DNA of 64,000 nucleotides from a bacterium (GTDB lineage: Bacteria > Bacillota > Clostridia > Oscillospirales > CAG-272): the NCBI GenBank assembly GCA_963628435.1, contig CAVGEY010000013.1, positions 471 through 64,470 on the forward strand, written 5' to 3'. How positions within the stretch are numbered: position 1 is the stretch's first letter; each line of letters starts with the position of its first letter. The notes beneath the pieces are model-generated. The model saw only the letters and a list, made by a program, of their open reading frames with translations, searched no databases and had not been told where the DNA came from. A program made the position numbers and the translations under genes. Below are positions 30,075-39,137 of the stretch, one piece after another.

Positions 30075-31211
30075 ATGAAAAAAGTATTCAGAACAGTTGC
30101 TGCACTCGCTGCAGCGGCAGCCGTTGCCACATGTTTTACCGGCTGCGGATCAAGCAATTACGCAAAGGATAACAAAACATTCCTGATCGGTTCAACAGGT
30201 CCGCTTACCGGAGAAAATTCGTCGTACGGTATTTCGGTTAAACAGGGAGCCGAACTTGCGATTAAAGTCATAAACGAAGAGCTCGGCGGACTTAACGGAA
30301 TTGATTTTTCATTTGAAATGATTGATGATAAATGCACCGAAGTCGACGCGAAAAACGGATTCAATACACTTTATGAAAAGGGTATGCAGGCATCTATCGG
30401 CTCGGTTACATCGGGAGCATGTGCATCATTTGCCGCAGAAGCATATACAAATAAAACGTTTATGATTACGCCTTCGGCTTCGAATGAAACCGTAATTGCC
30501 GAGGATAACGCATTCCGCGTATGCTTCGGCGATGACCAGCAGGGTGTTCTTGCCGCCGAAACACTTGCCGAAAAATACTCCAATATCGGCGCGATTTACG
30601 ATTCGAGCGATACATATTCAAGCGATCTTTTCAAAGCATTCAAGACAAAGCTGGCTGAGCTCGGTAAGACCGTTAAAGAGCAGTCGTTTACCTCCGAAAC
30701 AAATAAAGACTTCTCAACTCAGGTTGAAGCTCTCAAGGATTGCGACGTAATCTTCGTTCCCACATACTATGAGGAAGCATCGCTTATCATCAAGGCCTGC
30801 ATGGCTAAAGGATGCAATTCGGATATTTTCGGCTGCGACGGTTTTGACGGTATTGATAAGATGTTCACAGATTCGGATACGGTCACGAATTCGGTTAAAT
30901 ATATAACACCTTTCGACGCGTCAAGCACAGATGAAAAGGTATCGACATTTGTCACAAAATATAAAGAAGCATACGGAAGCACTCCCGACCAGTTCGCCGC
31001 AGACGGATATGATGCCGTAATGTCGATTTACGAGGCAATGAAAGCGGCCGATGTTAAAGATGTCACCATAAGCGCCGCAGACCTCTGCGAAATACTCAAG
31101 ACACAGTTCACCTCCGATTCCTTCACATATACCGGCGTTACCGGAACAATGAGCTGGGATGCGAGCGGAACCTGCGAGAAGAGCGCACAGATTGTAACCT
31201 TCTCGAAATAA
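30075..31211 (+). CDS. livJ: Branched-chain amino acid ABC transporter substrate-binding lipoprotein (LivJ/K type)
   Basis: Carries a lipobox in AVATCFTGCGSS and type-I periplasmic-binding fold motifs (IGSTGPLTGENSSYG). It heads the livHMGF genes. Confidence 0.85.
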   Translation: MKKVFRTVAALAAAAAVATCFTGCGSSNYAKDNKTFLIGSTGPLTGENSSYGISVKQGAELAIKVINEELGGLNGIDFSFEMIDDKCTEVDAKNGFNTLYEKGMQASIGSVTSGACASFAAEAYTNKTFMITPSASNETVIAEDNAFRVCFGDDQQGVLAAETLAEKYSNIGAIYDSSDTYSSDLFKAFKTKLAELGKTVKEQSFTSETNKDFSTQVEALKDCDVIFVPTYYEEASLIIKACMAKGCNSDIFGCDGFDGIDKMFTDSDTVTNSVKYITPFDASSTDEKVSTFVTKYKEAYGSTPDQFAADGYDAVMSIYEAMKAADVKDVTISAADLCEILKTQFTSDSFTYTGVTGTMSWDASGTCEKSAQIVTFSK

Positions 31212-31226
31212 TAAAATAAAATCAAA

Positions 31227-31272
31227 CCGAATGTCCGATTTTCATCGAATACGGCGATAACCGGACATTCGG
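31227..31272 (+). other. Intercistronic stem-loop between the binding-protein and permease genes
   Basis: CCGAATGTCCG / CGGACATTCGG forms an 11-bp perfect stem with a 24-nt loop. No U-tract follows. Confidence 0.5.
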
Positions 31273-31359
31273 CTTCTCCTGCGATATGGGGAAAGCAGTC
31301 AATTCGGCCTCGGCGATGCGGTTATTCGAAACGTCGGACCTTTCTGAAAGGATATTGAA

Positions 31360-32223
31360 ATGAGTACACTGATAGACGGACTCAGTCTCGGAGCGATATA
31401 TGCCCTGATAGCACTCGGCTATACAATGGTTTACGGTATCGCCAAAATGCTTAATTTCGCCCACGGAGATATAATTATGGTCGGTGCGTATGCACTTATA
31501 TCGACCTTCGGACTTTTCGGCAATTTCACCGCCGCATTTGCGGTATCGATTGTCGTATGCGCACTGCTCGGTATTTTGATAGAGAAGCTGGCATATAAGC
31601 CCCTGCGCGGCGCATCTCCTCTTGCGGTGCTTATAACCGCAATAGGTGTTTCCTATCTGCTTCAGAGCGTTGCACAGCTAATATACGGCTCTCAGGCAAA
31701 ACCGAGTCCGTTCCCGTCAATGGGTGCACTCAAAATATTCGGTGTTACCGTTCAGATTTCATCGATAATCACACTTGCCGCGGCAACCGTGATTATGATT
31801 GTTTTAACCGTTTTTGTAAATAAAACCAGACTCGGCAGGGCAATGTTTGCCGTATCCGAGGATAGAGCGGCGGCCCAGCTTATGGGAATAAATGTAAATA
31901 TGATTATATCGGTAACATTTGCCATAGGCTCAGTTCTGGCGGCGTTTGCAAGCCTCTTTTATCTTCTTCAGATACCTCTTGTCGATCCCACAACCGGATC
32001 GATGCCCGGCATCAAAGCATTTACCGCAGCGGTTATCGGCGGTATAGGATCGATTCCCGGCGCAATGATCGGCGGCCTTTTCCTCGGCATAGTCGAAAAG
32101 GTTGTACAGTCTATTCCGGGTATCGGCCCGTATACAACCGCAATCGAATTTGCGATACTGATACTTATACTTATGTTCAGACCTACAGGTCTGCTCGGTA
32201 AAAAACGCAGAGAGAAGGTGTGA
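31360..32223 (+). CDS. livH: Branched-chain amino acid ABC transporter permease LivH
   Basis: A polytopic membrane protein that starts LIDGLSLGAIYALIALGYTMVYG, typical of LivH. Confidence 0.9.
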   Translation: MSTLIDGLSLGAIYALIALGYTMVYGIAKMLNFAHGDIIMVGAYALISTFGLFGNFTAAFAVSIVVCALLGILIEKLAYKPLRGASPLAVLITAIGVSYLLQSVAQLIYGSQAKPSPFPSMGALKIFGVTVQISSIITLAAATVIMIVLTVFVNKTRLGRAMFAVSEDRAAAQLMGINVNMIISVTFAIGSVLAAFASLFYLLQIPLVDPTTGSMPGIKAFTAAVIGGIGSIPGAMIGGLFLGIVEKVVQSIPGIGPYTTAIEFAILILILMFRPTGLLGKKRREKV

Positions 32224-33383
32224 GCATGGGATATTTTTCGTATATCAAAACAGGATTCAAACTCAAATATTATATTAACTATATTATGGTTGCCGCTGCA
32301 CTTGCGGTTACTTCGATACTCTATTATACGGGCGGTATGAAGGCATCAACCGCAAATCTGCTGATGCAGATAGGGTATAGCGTTATTCTTGCCGTTTCGC
32401 TTAATATCGTTGTCGGATTTTTAGGCGAGCTCAGCCTCGGAAATGCGGGATTTATGTGCGTCGGCGCATATATCGGGTGCTATGTGGCAATTCTTCTTGA
32501 GCCTGCCGTTAATTCCAAACTTTTGCTTTTGATAATCGGAATGATTGTCGGCGGCCTTGCCGCCGCATTGTGCGGACTTGTAATCGGTATTCCGGTACTT
32601 AAACTGAAGGGCGACTATCTTGCGATAACCACACTTGCCTTCGGAGAAATCGTCCGCAATATATTCATGAATCTCGAATGTTTCGGCGGCGCGCTCGGAC
32701 TTTCGACAAGAACAATAAAATACGGAAATTCCGAATTTGTAGTCGCATTCGTTGTTCTTCTTATCGTTCTCGCGGTTACGCAGAATATCATCAGATCGAA
32801 ACACGGACGCGCGATTACCGCAATACGCGATAACGAAATCGCCGCTCACTCTATGGGAATAAACGTAACATTTTATAAGCTGTTTGCGTTTGTTCTTTCG
32901 GCATTCTTTACCGGTATCGCGGGTACACTTTACGGATTCGCAACTACACCTATTCGCTACACCGCGTTCAGCTATAACTACTCAATAGAAATTCTCGTTA
33001 TGGTTGTGCTCGGCGGTATGGGCTCTATAAGCGGCTCGATTATCTCGGCGACTCTGCTCACATTTATCAACTTCAATCTTACGACTAAACTTTCGGGAGA
33101 TCTCGCGGCACTGAAATATCTTATTTATGCCGTGATTCTTATAGTTCTCGTAATATTCAATAATGCACCGTCGCTTAAACTTTTGCGTGATAAATATTCG
33201 ATTCGCAATCTTATCAAAAAAATGCAGCCTAAAAAATGGAATTCCGCGGATGTCGTCAAGGATGACGAAGCAAACTGGAGCAGAATACCCACCAAAGTCA
33301 AAATGGATGAGATTCTGTCAACAGACGTTTCACCCGATGAATCATTTTCACCCGATAAACCGTCGAAAGGAGAAAAGCAATGA
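32220..33383 (+). CDS. livM: Branched-chain amino acid ABC transporter permease LivM with hydrophilic C-terminal extension
   Basis: Carries the LivM-type motif GELSLGNAGFMCVGAY. Its start overlaps the livH stop. The last ~55 aa are charged and not membrane-like. Confidence 0.88.
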   Translation: MSMGYFSYIKTGFKLKYYINYIMVAAALAVTSILYYTGGMKASTANLLMQIGYSVILAVSLNIVVGFLGELSLGNAGFMCVGAYIGCYVAILLEPAVNSKLLLLIIGMIVGGLAAALCGLVIGIPVLKLKGDYLAITTLAFGEIVRNIFMNLECFGGALGLSTRTIKYGNSEFVVAFVVLLIVLAVTQNIIRSKHGRAITAIRDNEIAAHSMGINVTFYKLFAFVLSAFFTGIAGTLYGFATTPIRYTAFSYNYSIEILVMVVLGGMGSISGSIISATLLTFINFNLTTKLSGDLAALKYLIYAVILIVLVIFNNAPSLKLLRDKYSIRNLIKKMQPKKWNSADVVKDDEANWSRIPTKVKMDEILSTDVSPDESFSPDKPSKGEKQ

Positions 33384-34159
33384 GCGACAACAGATATGTG
33401 CTTGAAACCGATAAACTCGGAATCTCATTCGGCGGATTGAAGGCGGCTGACGATATCAATATAAAAATCGAAAAAGGCGCATTGTACGGACTTATCGGAC
33501 CCAACGGCGCCGGAAAGACCACTTTTTTCAACATCATAACCGGCGTATATACGCCCACAACCGGAAAATTCTATCTTGACGGCGAAAATATGACAGGGAA
33601 AAATCAGGAGTATATCTGCCGACACGGAATCGCAAGAACATTCCAGAATATCAGGCTGTTCAATAATATGAGCGTGATAAGAAATGTTCTTATCGGTATG
33701 CAGAATCTTCCCGAATATAAATGTAACCCCGTTCACAGTATTTTGCGCACTAAGCATCATTTCGAAACCGAGAAAAAAATGAGAGACGAAGCGAAAAGCC
33801 TGCTCTCGATTTTCGGACTTCTCGATGAGAGAAACAATCTCGCAAGTAACCTTCCGTACGGTAAGCAGAGAAAGCTCGAAATCGCGCGTGCGCTCGCAAC
33901 ACGCCCGAAACTGCTTTTGCTCGATGAGCCTGCCGCAGGCATGAACCCGCAGGAAACCGCCGAACTCATGGAAACAATAAGATTTATCCGTAAACGCTTT
34001 AATGTTACGGTACTTTTGATTGAGCATGATATGAGCCTTGTCAGCGGAATCTGCGAAGAACTTACGGTTCTGAATTTCGGAACGGTACTTATGCAGGGCA
34101 AAACAGCCGATGTGCTTAATGACCCGACGGTAATAAAAGCCTATTTAGGAGATGAGTGA
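33380..34159 (+). CDS. livG: Branched-chain amino acid ABC transporter ATP-binding protein LivG
   Basis: Walker A GPNGAGKTT, signature LPYGKQRKLEIARAL and Walker B LLLLDEPAAG. Confidence 0.92.
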   Translation: MSDNRYVLETDKLGISFGGLKAADDINIKIEKGALYGLIGPNGAGKTTFFNIITGVYTPTTGKFYLDGENMTGKNQEYICRHGIARTFQNIRLFNNMSVIRNVLIGMQNLPEYKCNPVHSILRTKHHFETEKKMRDEAKSLLSIFGLLDERNNLASNLPYGKQRKLEIARALATRPKLLLLDEPAAGMNPQETAELMETIRFIRKRFNVTVLLIEHDMSLVSGICEELTVLNFGTVLMQGKTADVLNDPTVIKAYLGDE

Positions 34160-34871
34160 TATGGCATTGCTTGAAGTAAAAGATTTGGAAGTATCATATG
34201 GACTTATCCGTGCGATAAGAGGCGTTTCATTTACCGTAAATGAAGGTGAGATCGTTGCGCTTATCGGCGCCAACGGAGCGGGCAAAACCACAATTATGCA
34301 CGCCGTAAACGGACTTATTCCCAAAAAAGCGGGGTCGGTGTATTTTGACGGAACCGATATAACAAATATTCCCGCTCATAAACTCACATCAATGGGTATG
34401 GCACAGGTACCCGAAGGACGCCGGATTTTTCAGGAACTTACCGTATTTGAAAATCTTCAGCTCGGCGCTTATACACGGGGCGACAGAAAAGAATTCGAAA
34501 ATACACTTGAGAGCATCTATCAAAGATTCCCGATTTTGAAAGAAAGATCGAAGCAGGTTGCCGGCACTCTTTCGGGAGGAGAGCAGCAGATGCTTGCAAT
34601 GAGCCGCGCTCTCATGTCAAAACCGAAGCTTATGCTGCTTGACGAGCCGAGCATGGGACTTTCGCCGCTTTATGTCAATACCGTTTTTGATATGATATCC
34701 GAAATTCAAAAATCGGGTACAACCGTTCTGCTTGTCGAACAGAATGCGAAAAAGGCACTGAATGTTGCAAACCGTGCCTATGTGCTTGAGGTCGGAAAAA
34801 TTGTCAAAAGCGGAGCCGGTAAAGAACTTCTCGCCGATGACAGTATTAAACGAGCCTACCTCGGAGGATAA
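34152..34871 (+). CDS. livF: Branched-chain amino acid ABC transporter ATP-binding protein LivF
   Basis: Walker A GANGAGKTT, signature LSGGEQQMLAM and Walker B LMLLDEPS. Confidence 0.92.
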   Translation: MSDMALLEVKDLEVSYGLIRAIRGVSFTVNEGEIVALIGANGAGKTTIMHAVNGLIPKKAGSVYFDGTDITNIPAHKLTSMGMAQVPEGRRIFQELTVFENLQLGAYTRGDRKEFENTLESIYQRFPILKERSKQVAGTLSGGEQQMLAMSRALMSKPKLMLLDEPSMGLSPLYVNTVFDMISEIQKSGTTVLLVEQNAKKALNVANRAYVLEVGKIVKSGAGKELLADDSIKRAYLGG

Positions 34872-34875
34872 AAAT

Positions 34876-34918
34876 AAACGCCGTCCGTTCCCCGAACAGG
34901 GAACGGACGGCGTTTTTC
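34876..34918. terminator. Bidirectional terminator between livF and the response regulator gene
   Basis: AACGCCGTCCGTTCCC-CGAACA-GGGAACGGACGGCGTT is flanked by an A-run upstream and TTTTT downstream. Confidence 0.9.
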
Positions 34919-34933
34919 GGTACATATACCGTA

Positions 34934-35623
34934 TTATTGAAGAAGCTCGAATTTGTATCCGACGCCCCATACTGTCTTGAGTACCCACTTGTTTGATACT
35001 CCCTCAAGCTTTTCACGCAGACGTTTTACATGAACGTCGACAGTGCGCGAGTCGCCGAGATAGTCAAATCCCCATACTTTGTCAAGAAGCTGATCGCGGG
35101 TAAATACGCGGTTGTAGTTGGAAGCAAGGAAGTAGAGAAGTTCGAGTTCTTTGGGGGGAATGTCAACAGAACGTCCGGCAAGTTTAAGCTCATATTTCTG
35201 CAGACTTATTTCGATGTTATCGAATTTGATTACCTCGTCATCGCCCGAATTGTCGTGTGAGCTGTATCTGCGGAGTACCGCTTTGATTCTTGCGGACAGC
35301 TCCTTCATGTCAAACGGCTTTACCATAAAGTCGTCTGCACCTAGTTCAAGTCCGAGAACCTTGTCAAATACTTCGCCTTTGGCGGTTACCATGATTATGG
35401 GCTTTGTTGAAATCTCACGGATTTCGCGGCATACCTGCCAGCCGTCCTTGCGAGGGAGCATAATGTCGAGAAGCACAAGATCCGGCTCGTACATTTTGAA
35501 GAAGCTGACTCCTTCAACACCGTCGGCAGCCGTTTTGACTTCGTATCCCTCTTTTTCAAGATAGAGCCGCACCATTTCACAAATATTGGCATCATCGTCA
35601 ACAACAAGAAGTTTTGTTCCCAT
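34934..35623 (-). CDS. OmpR-family response regulator
   Basis: The receiver domain carries LLVVDDD, LVLLDIMLP and TAKG. The winged-helix output domain carries RTVDVHVKRLREKL. Confidence 0.92.
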   Translation of the reverse strand: MGTKLLVVDDDANICEMVRLYLEKEGYEVKTAADGVEGVSFFKMYEPDLVLLDIMLPRKDGWQVCREIREISTKPIIMVTAKGEVFDKVLGLELGADDFMVKPFDMKELSARIKAVLRRYSSHDNSGDDEVIKFDNIEISLQKYELKLAGRSVDIPPKELELLYFLASNYNRVFTRDQLLDKVWGFDYLGDSRTVDVHVKRLREKLEGVSNKWVLKTVWGVGYKFELLQ

Positions 35624-35784
35624 TTTAATGTCCTCCTGATCATTCGGATTTGTTAATTTATTAACTTTGTTAAATTGTTATCCAAGTTCATTTTTATTAT
35701 AAAGGATATATGAGGGGATGTGATGAAGATATTGTGAACATTATGTGATTTTTTCAGAAAAAATCGGAAAGAGCGCAAAAAAGC

Positions 35785-35813
35785 TTGCCTTATTTAACAA
35801 AATGTACTATAAT
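35785..35813 (+). promoter_or_regulatory. Putative sigma-A promoter of ychF
   Basis: TTGCCT-17 nt-TATAAT, about 50 nt upstream of the ychF start. Confidence 0.5.
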
Positions 35814-35861
35814 AACTGTGTTTATAATACTATACTAATTGAAAAAGAGGATTTATCATAA

Positions 35862-36956
35862 ATGAAACTCGGAATTGTCGGACTTCCAAATGTCGGAAAA
35901 AGCACACTTTTCAATGCGATTACAAATGCGGGTGCCGAATCGGCAAACTATCCTTTTTGCACGATAGAGCCTAATGTCGGAGTGGTTACCGTACCGGATG
36001 AACGCCTTGACTGGCTGAACGAACTCTATCACGCCGAAAAATATACACCTGCCGTTGTCGAATTCGTGGATATAGCCGGACTTGTAAAAGGCGCATCACG
36101 CGGAGAAGGACTCGGCAATAAATTTCTCGGACATATCAGGGAAGTTGATGCAATAGTTCATGTTGTACGCTGCTTTGAAGATTCGAATATTATACATGTC
36201 GAAGGCACGATCAACCCCGTGCGCGATGCCGAAACCATAAATCTCGAACTTGTTTTTGCCGATATGGAAACGCTCGAACGCCGTATCGATAAAACAACGA
36301 AACTGCTGCGCGGCGACAAGAAATATGCCGAAGAACTTGATCTTCTTAAACGCGTTTATGAAGTTCTCGAAAGCGGAAAACCCGCTCGTTCGATTGAGTA
36401 TACGGCAGACGAGCTGAAAATCATGAGTGATGTTTCACTTCTGACCATGAAACCGGTCATATACGCCGCAAATATAGGCGAAGACGATGTCGGCGGCGGA
36501 TACGAGGAGAATGAAGGATATAAGAAACTCGAAGAACTCGCCAAATCCGAAAACGCCGAAATAGTGCCGATTTGCGCCGGAGTCGAAGCGGAAATCGCCG
36601 AACTCGACGATGACGAAAAGAGCGAATTTCTCGCCGATCTCGGAATAAAAGAAAGCGGTCTTGATAAACTTATCAGGGCAAGCTATCATCTGATGGGACT
36701 TATCTCATTCCTTACGGCAGGCGTTCAGGAAGTCCGCGCCTGGACAATTAAGCGCGGAACAAAAGCCCCGCAGGCGGCGGGAAAAATTCATACCGATTTC
36801 GAACGCGGATTTATTCGCGCGGAAATAGTAGCCTATGATGATCTGAAACGCTGCGGATCGATAGCCGCCGCAAAGGAAAAAGGGCTTTACAGAAGCGAGG
36901 GAAAGGATTATGTAATGCAGGACGGCGATGTCGTTCTGTTCAGATTCAATGTCTGA
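35862..36956 (+). CDS. ychF: Ribosome-binding ATPase YchF
   Basis: The G1 motif is [22 protein letters not shown] and the C-terminal TGS-like [10 protein letters not shown]...[13 protein letters not shown] are also present. Confidence 0.95.
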   Translation: MKLGIVGLPNVGKSTLFNAITNAGAESANYPFCTIEPNVGVVTVPDERLDWLNELYHAEKYTPAVVEFVDIAGLVKGASRGEGLGNKFLGHIREVDAIVHVVRCFEDSNIIHVEGTINPVRDAETINLELVFADMETLERRIDKTTKLLRGDKKYAEELDLLKRVYEVLESGKPARSIEYTADELKIMSDVSLLTMKPVIYAANIGEDDVGGGYEENEGYKKLEELAKSENAEIVPICAGVEAEIAELDDDEKSEFLADLGIKESGLDKLIRASYHLMGLISFLTAGVQEVRAWTIKRGTKAPQAAGKIHTDFERGFIRAEIVAYDDLKRCGSIAAAKEKGLYRSEGKDYVMQDGDVVLFRFNV

Positions 36957-36987
36957 TTGCCGCTTTTTCGGATGAAAGAGGATTTTG

Positions 36988-38454
36988 ATGTTTAAGAGTG
37001 TTTTTGCCAGATACCTGATTGCCTTTATGGCGATAATTTTTGTGAGTTTCTCTATTCTTGCGATGATCGTCGGCTCAATAGTCAAATCGCATTTGGATGA
37101 TACCACCGAAAATGAACTGTCGCAGATTGCCCAATCGGTAGATTTTCTGCTCAAAAATGCCTATTCGGACAGCAGTTACGGCAGTATACGCGAATACATA
37201 AAAAGCGAAAGCGAAATGACAGATAAAATGGTGTCGGCGATAACAAAATATAAAAAAGATATGTTTGTTATCATTGTTGACGCAGACGGCACCATTATTT
37301 TTTCCGACAGTACGCTTCCCGACGGTTATATAAAGGGAAATGTCGCCGGTGGACTTTCTTCCGACGATCTCGTGCGCAGATTTGATTCCGACGGTTCTTA
37401 TCTCGGAGGAGTATTTTCCGAAAAGCATTATTCGTATGCCATTCCGATCCCCGACGCAATAAATCCCGAATGTGTGATTTTCGCCTGTACGCCGCTTTCA
37501 TATACTGCGGGTATTGTCGGTTCGCTTAACAGAATGATTCTCATGGCTTCAATGTGGGTAATGATTGCCGCGCTCATTGCAAGCTATTTTATAAGCGAAA
37601 GAATAGTCAGACCGATAAGATCGATAAGCCGTGCCGCCAAATCATTTGCCGCAGGTCATTTTGATGTGCGTGTTCCGGTAATCGGTGACAGCGAGATAAG
37701 CGAACTCGCAATGGCATTCAATAATATGGCATCAAGCCTTGCGACGCTGGAAGAAACGAGAAGCACTTTTCTCGCGAATGTTTCACACGATCTTCGTACG
37801 CCTATGACCACTATATCCGGATATATAGACGGAATTCTCGATGGGGCGATTCCGCCCGAAAAGCAGTCGTACTATCTTGAAATCGTCGCCTCCGAGGTCA
37901 GAAGACTTTCGCGCCTTGTTTCATCGCTGCTTGATATATCACGTATCGAGGCAGGCGAACGCAAATTCAATATGCAGCCGTTTGATATTTGCGAAATGGC
38001 AAGACAGGTGCTTATATCATTTGAAACACGGATAGAGCAGAAACGGCTTGATGTCAGCTTCGAATGTGATAACGACAGGGAATATGTAGTAGCCGACAAA
38101 GATGCCATACATCAGATACTATACAATATATGCGATAATGCCGTTAAATTTTCCCGCGAAGGCGGCAAATATACCGTAAGCATTACCGAAAAAGAAAAGA
38201 AAATTTATGTTTCGGTATATAACGAGGGCGAAGGAATTGCCTCCGAAGATTTGCCGCATATATTCGACAGATTTTATAAAGCCGATAAGAGCCGCGGAAA
38301 GGATAAAACCGGTGTCGGACTCGGAATGTATATTGCAAAAACAATAATTGACGCGCATAACGAAACAATAACCGTGAACAGTAAGCAGGGACAGTATTGC
38401 GAATTTGTATTTACGCTGAAGCGCGCCCCGAAACAGACGCAAACAGGATCATGA
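36988..38454 (+). CDS. Sensor histidine kinase (2 TM, extracytoplasmic domain, HAMP, HisKA, HATPase)
   Basis: H-box FLANVSHDLRTPMTTI, N-box DNAVKFS, and G-boxes NEGEGI and GVGLGMYIAK. The HAMP segment reads RPIRSISRAAKSFAAGHFDVRV. Confidence 0.9.
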   Translation: MFKSVFARYLIAFMAIIFVSFSILAMIVGSIVKSHLDDTTENELSQIAQSVDFLLKNAYSDSSYGSIREYIKSESEMTDKMVSAITKYKKDMFVIIVDADGTIIFSDSTLPDGYIKGNVAGGLSSDDLVRRFDSDGSYLGGVFSEKHYSYAIPIPDAINPECVIFACTPLSYTAGIVGSLNRMILMASMWVMIAALIASYFISERIVRPIRSISRAAKSFAAGHFDVRVPVIGDSEISELAMAFNNMASSLATLEETRSTFLANVSHDLRTPMTTISGYIDGILDGAIPPEKQSYYLEIVASEVRRLSRLVSSLLDISRIEAGERKFNMQPFDICEMARQVLISFETRIEQKRLDVSFECDNDREYVVADKDAIHQILYNICDNAVKFSREGGKYTVSITEKEKKIYVSVYNEGEGIASEDLPHIFDRFYKADKSRGKDKTGVGLGMYIAKTIIDAHNETITVNSKQGQYCEFVFTLKRAPKQTQTGS

Positions 38455-38484
38455 GCAGAGACTGTGACAGAGGAGGTAACCACT

Positions 38485-39075
38485 ATGGCAAAGTTCACAA
38501 AGCAGGCAATATACAGCTCTTTTATGAAATTTCTTAGTGAAAAACCGCTCGGTCAGATAACCGTCAAGGATATAGTCGATGACTGCGGCATAAACAGAAA
38601 AACTTTTTATTACTACTATCAGGATATATACGCGCTTGCCAACGAAATGTTCCGTGAAGATATCGCAAATATAAAAGAGAAAATTCCGCCCGACGGTCAT
38701 TCGTGGTCGGAAATTCTGAAGGCGATTTCTTCATATATGTACGGAAACAGAAAGGTAACACTCCATGTATTCAAGACAATCGGATACGAAAAAATGACCG
38801 ATGCTTTTTATAATACATGCCTCGAGTATCTTCCGGATTTTATAAAAGAAAAATCGGAAGGGCTTACAATTTCGGAATCGGATATGGAGCTTATAGTTCA
38901 TTACTCGGCATTATTTATATCGGGAGTGCTTGTACGCTGGATATCCGACGGCATGAAAGAAATTCCCGCAGCCCTTATGGAGCGTTTTTTCCGCATTACA
39001 GACGGAATCGCAAGACACTCTCTTGAAAATGCCGACAGAATTTACAGAGAGGAACATCGGCAGAGCCGCGGATAA
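38485..39075 (+). CDS. TetR-family transcriptional regulator (DhaS-like)
   Basis: The HTH segment reads ITVKDIVDDCGINRKTFYYYYQDIY. GAGGAGG lies 7 nt before ATG 38485. Confidence 0.8.
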   Translation: MAKFTKQAIYSSFMKFLSEKPLGQITVKDIVDDCGINRKTFYYYYQDIYALANEMFREDIANIKEKIPPDGHSWSEILKAISSYMYGNRKVTLHVFKTIGYEKMTDAFYNTCLEYLPDFIKEKSEGLTISESDMELIVHYSALFISGVLVRWISDGMKEIPAALMERFFRITDGIARHSLENADRIYREEHRQSRG

Positions 39076-39137
39076 TTTTGATGATTTCGGCAGAATGTTG
39101 ATGTTATATCCCAAAAACAAAGAAAGGGAAATGGTAT

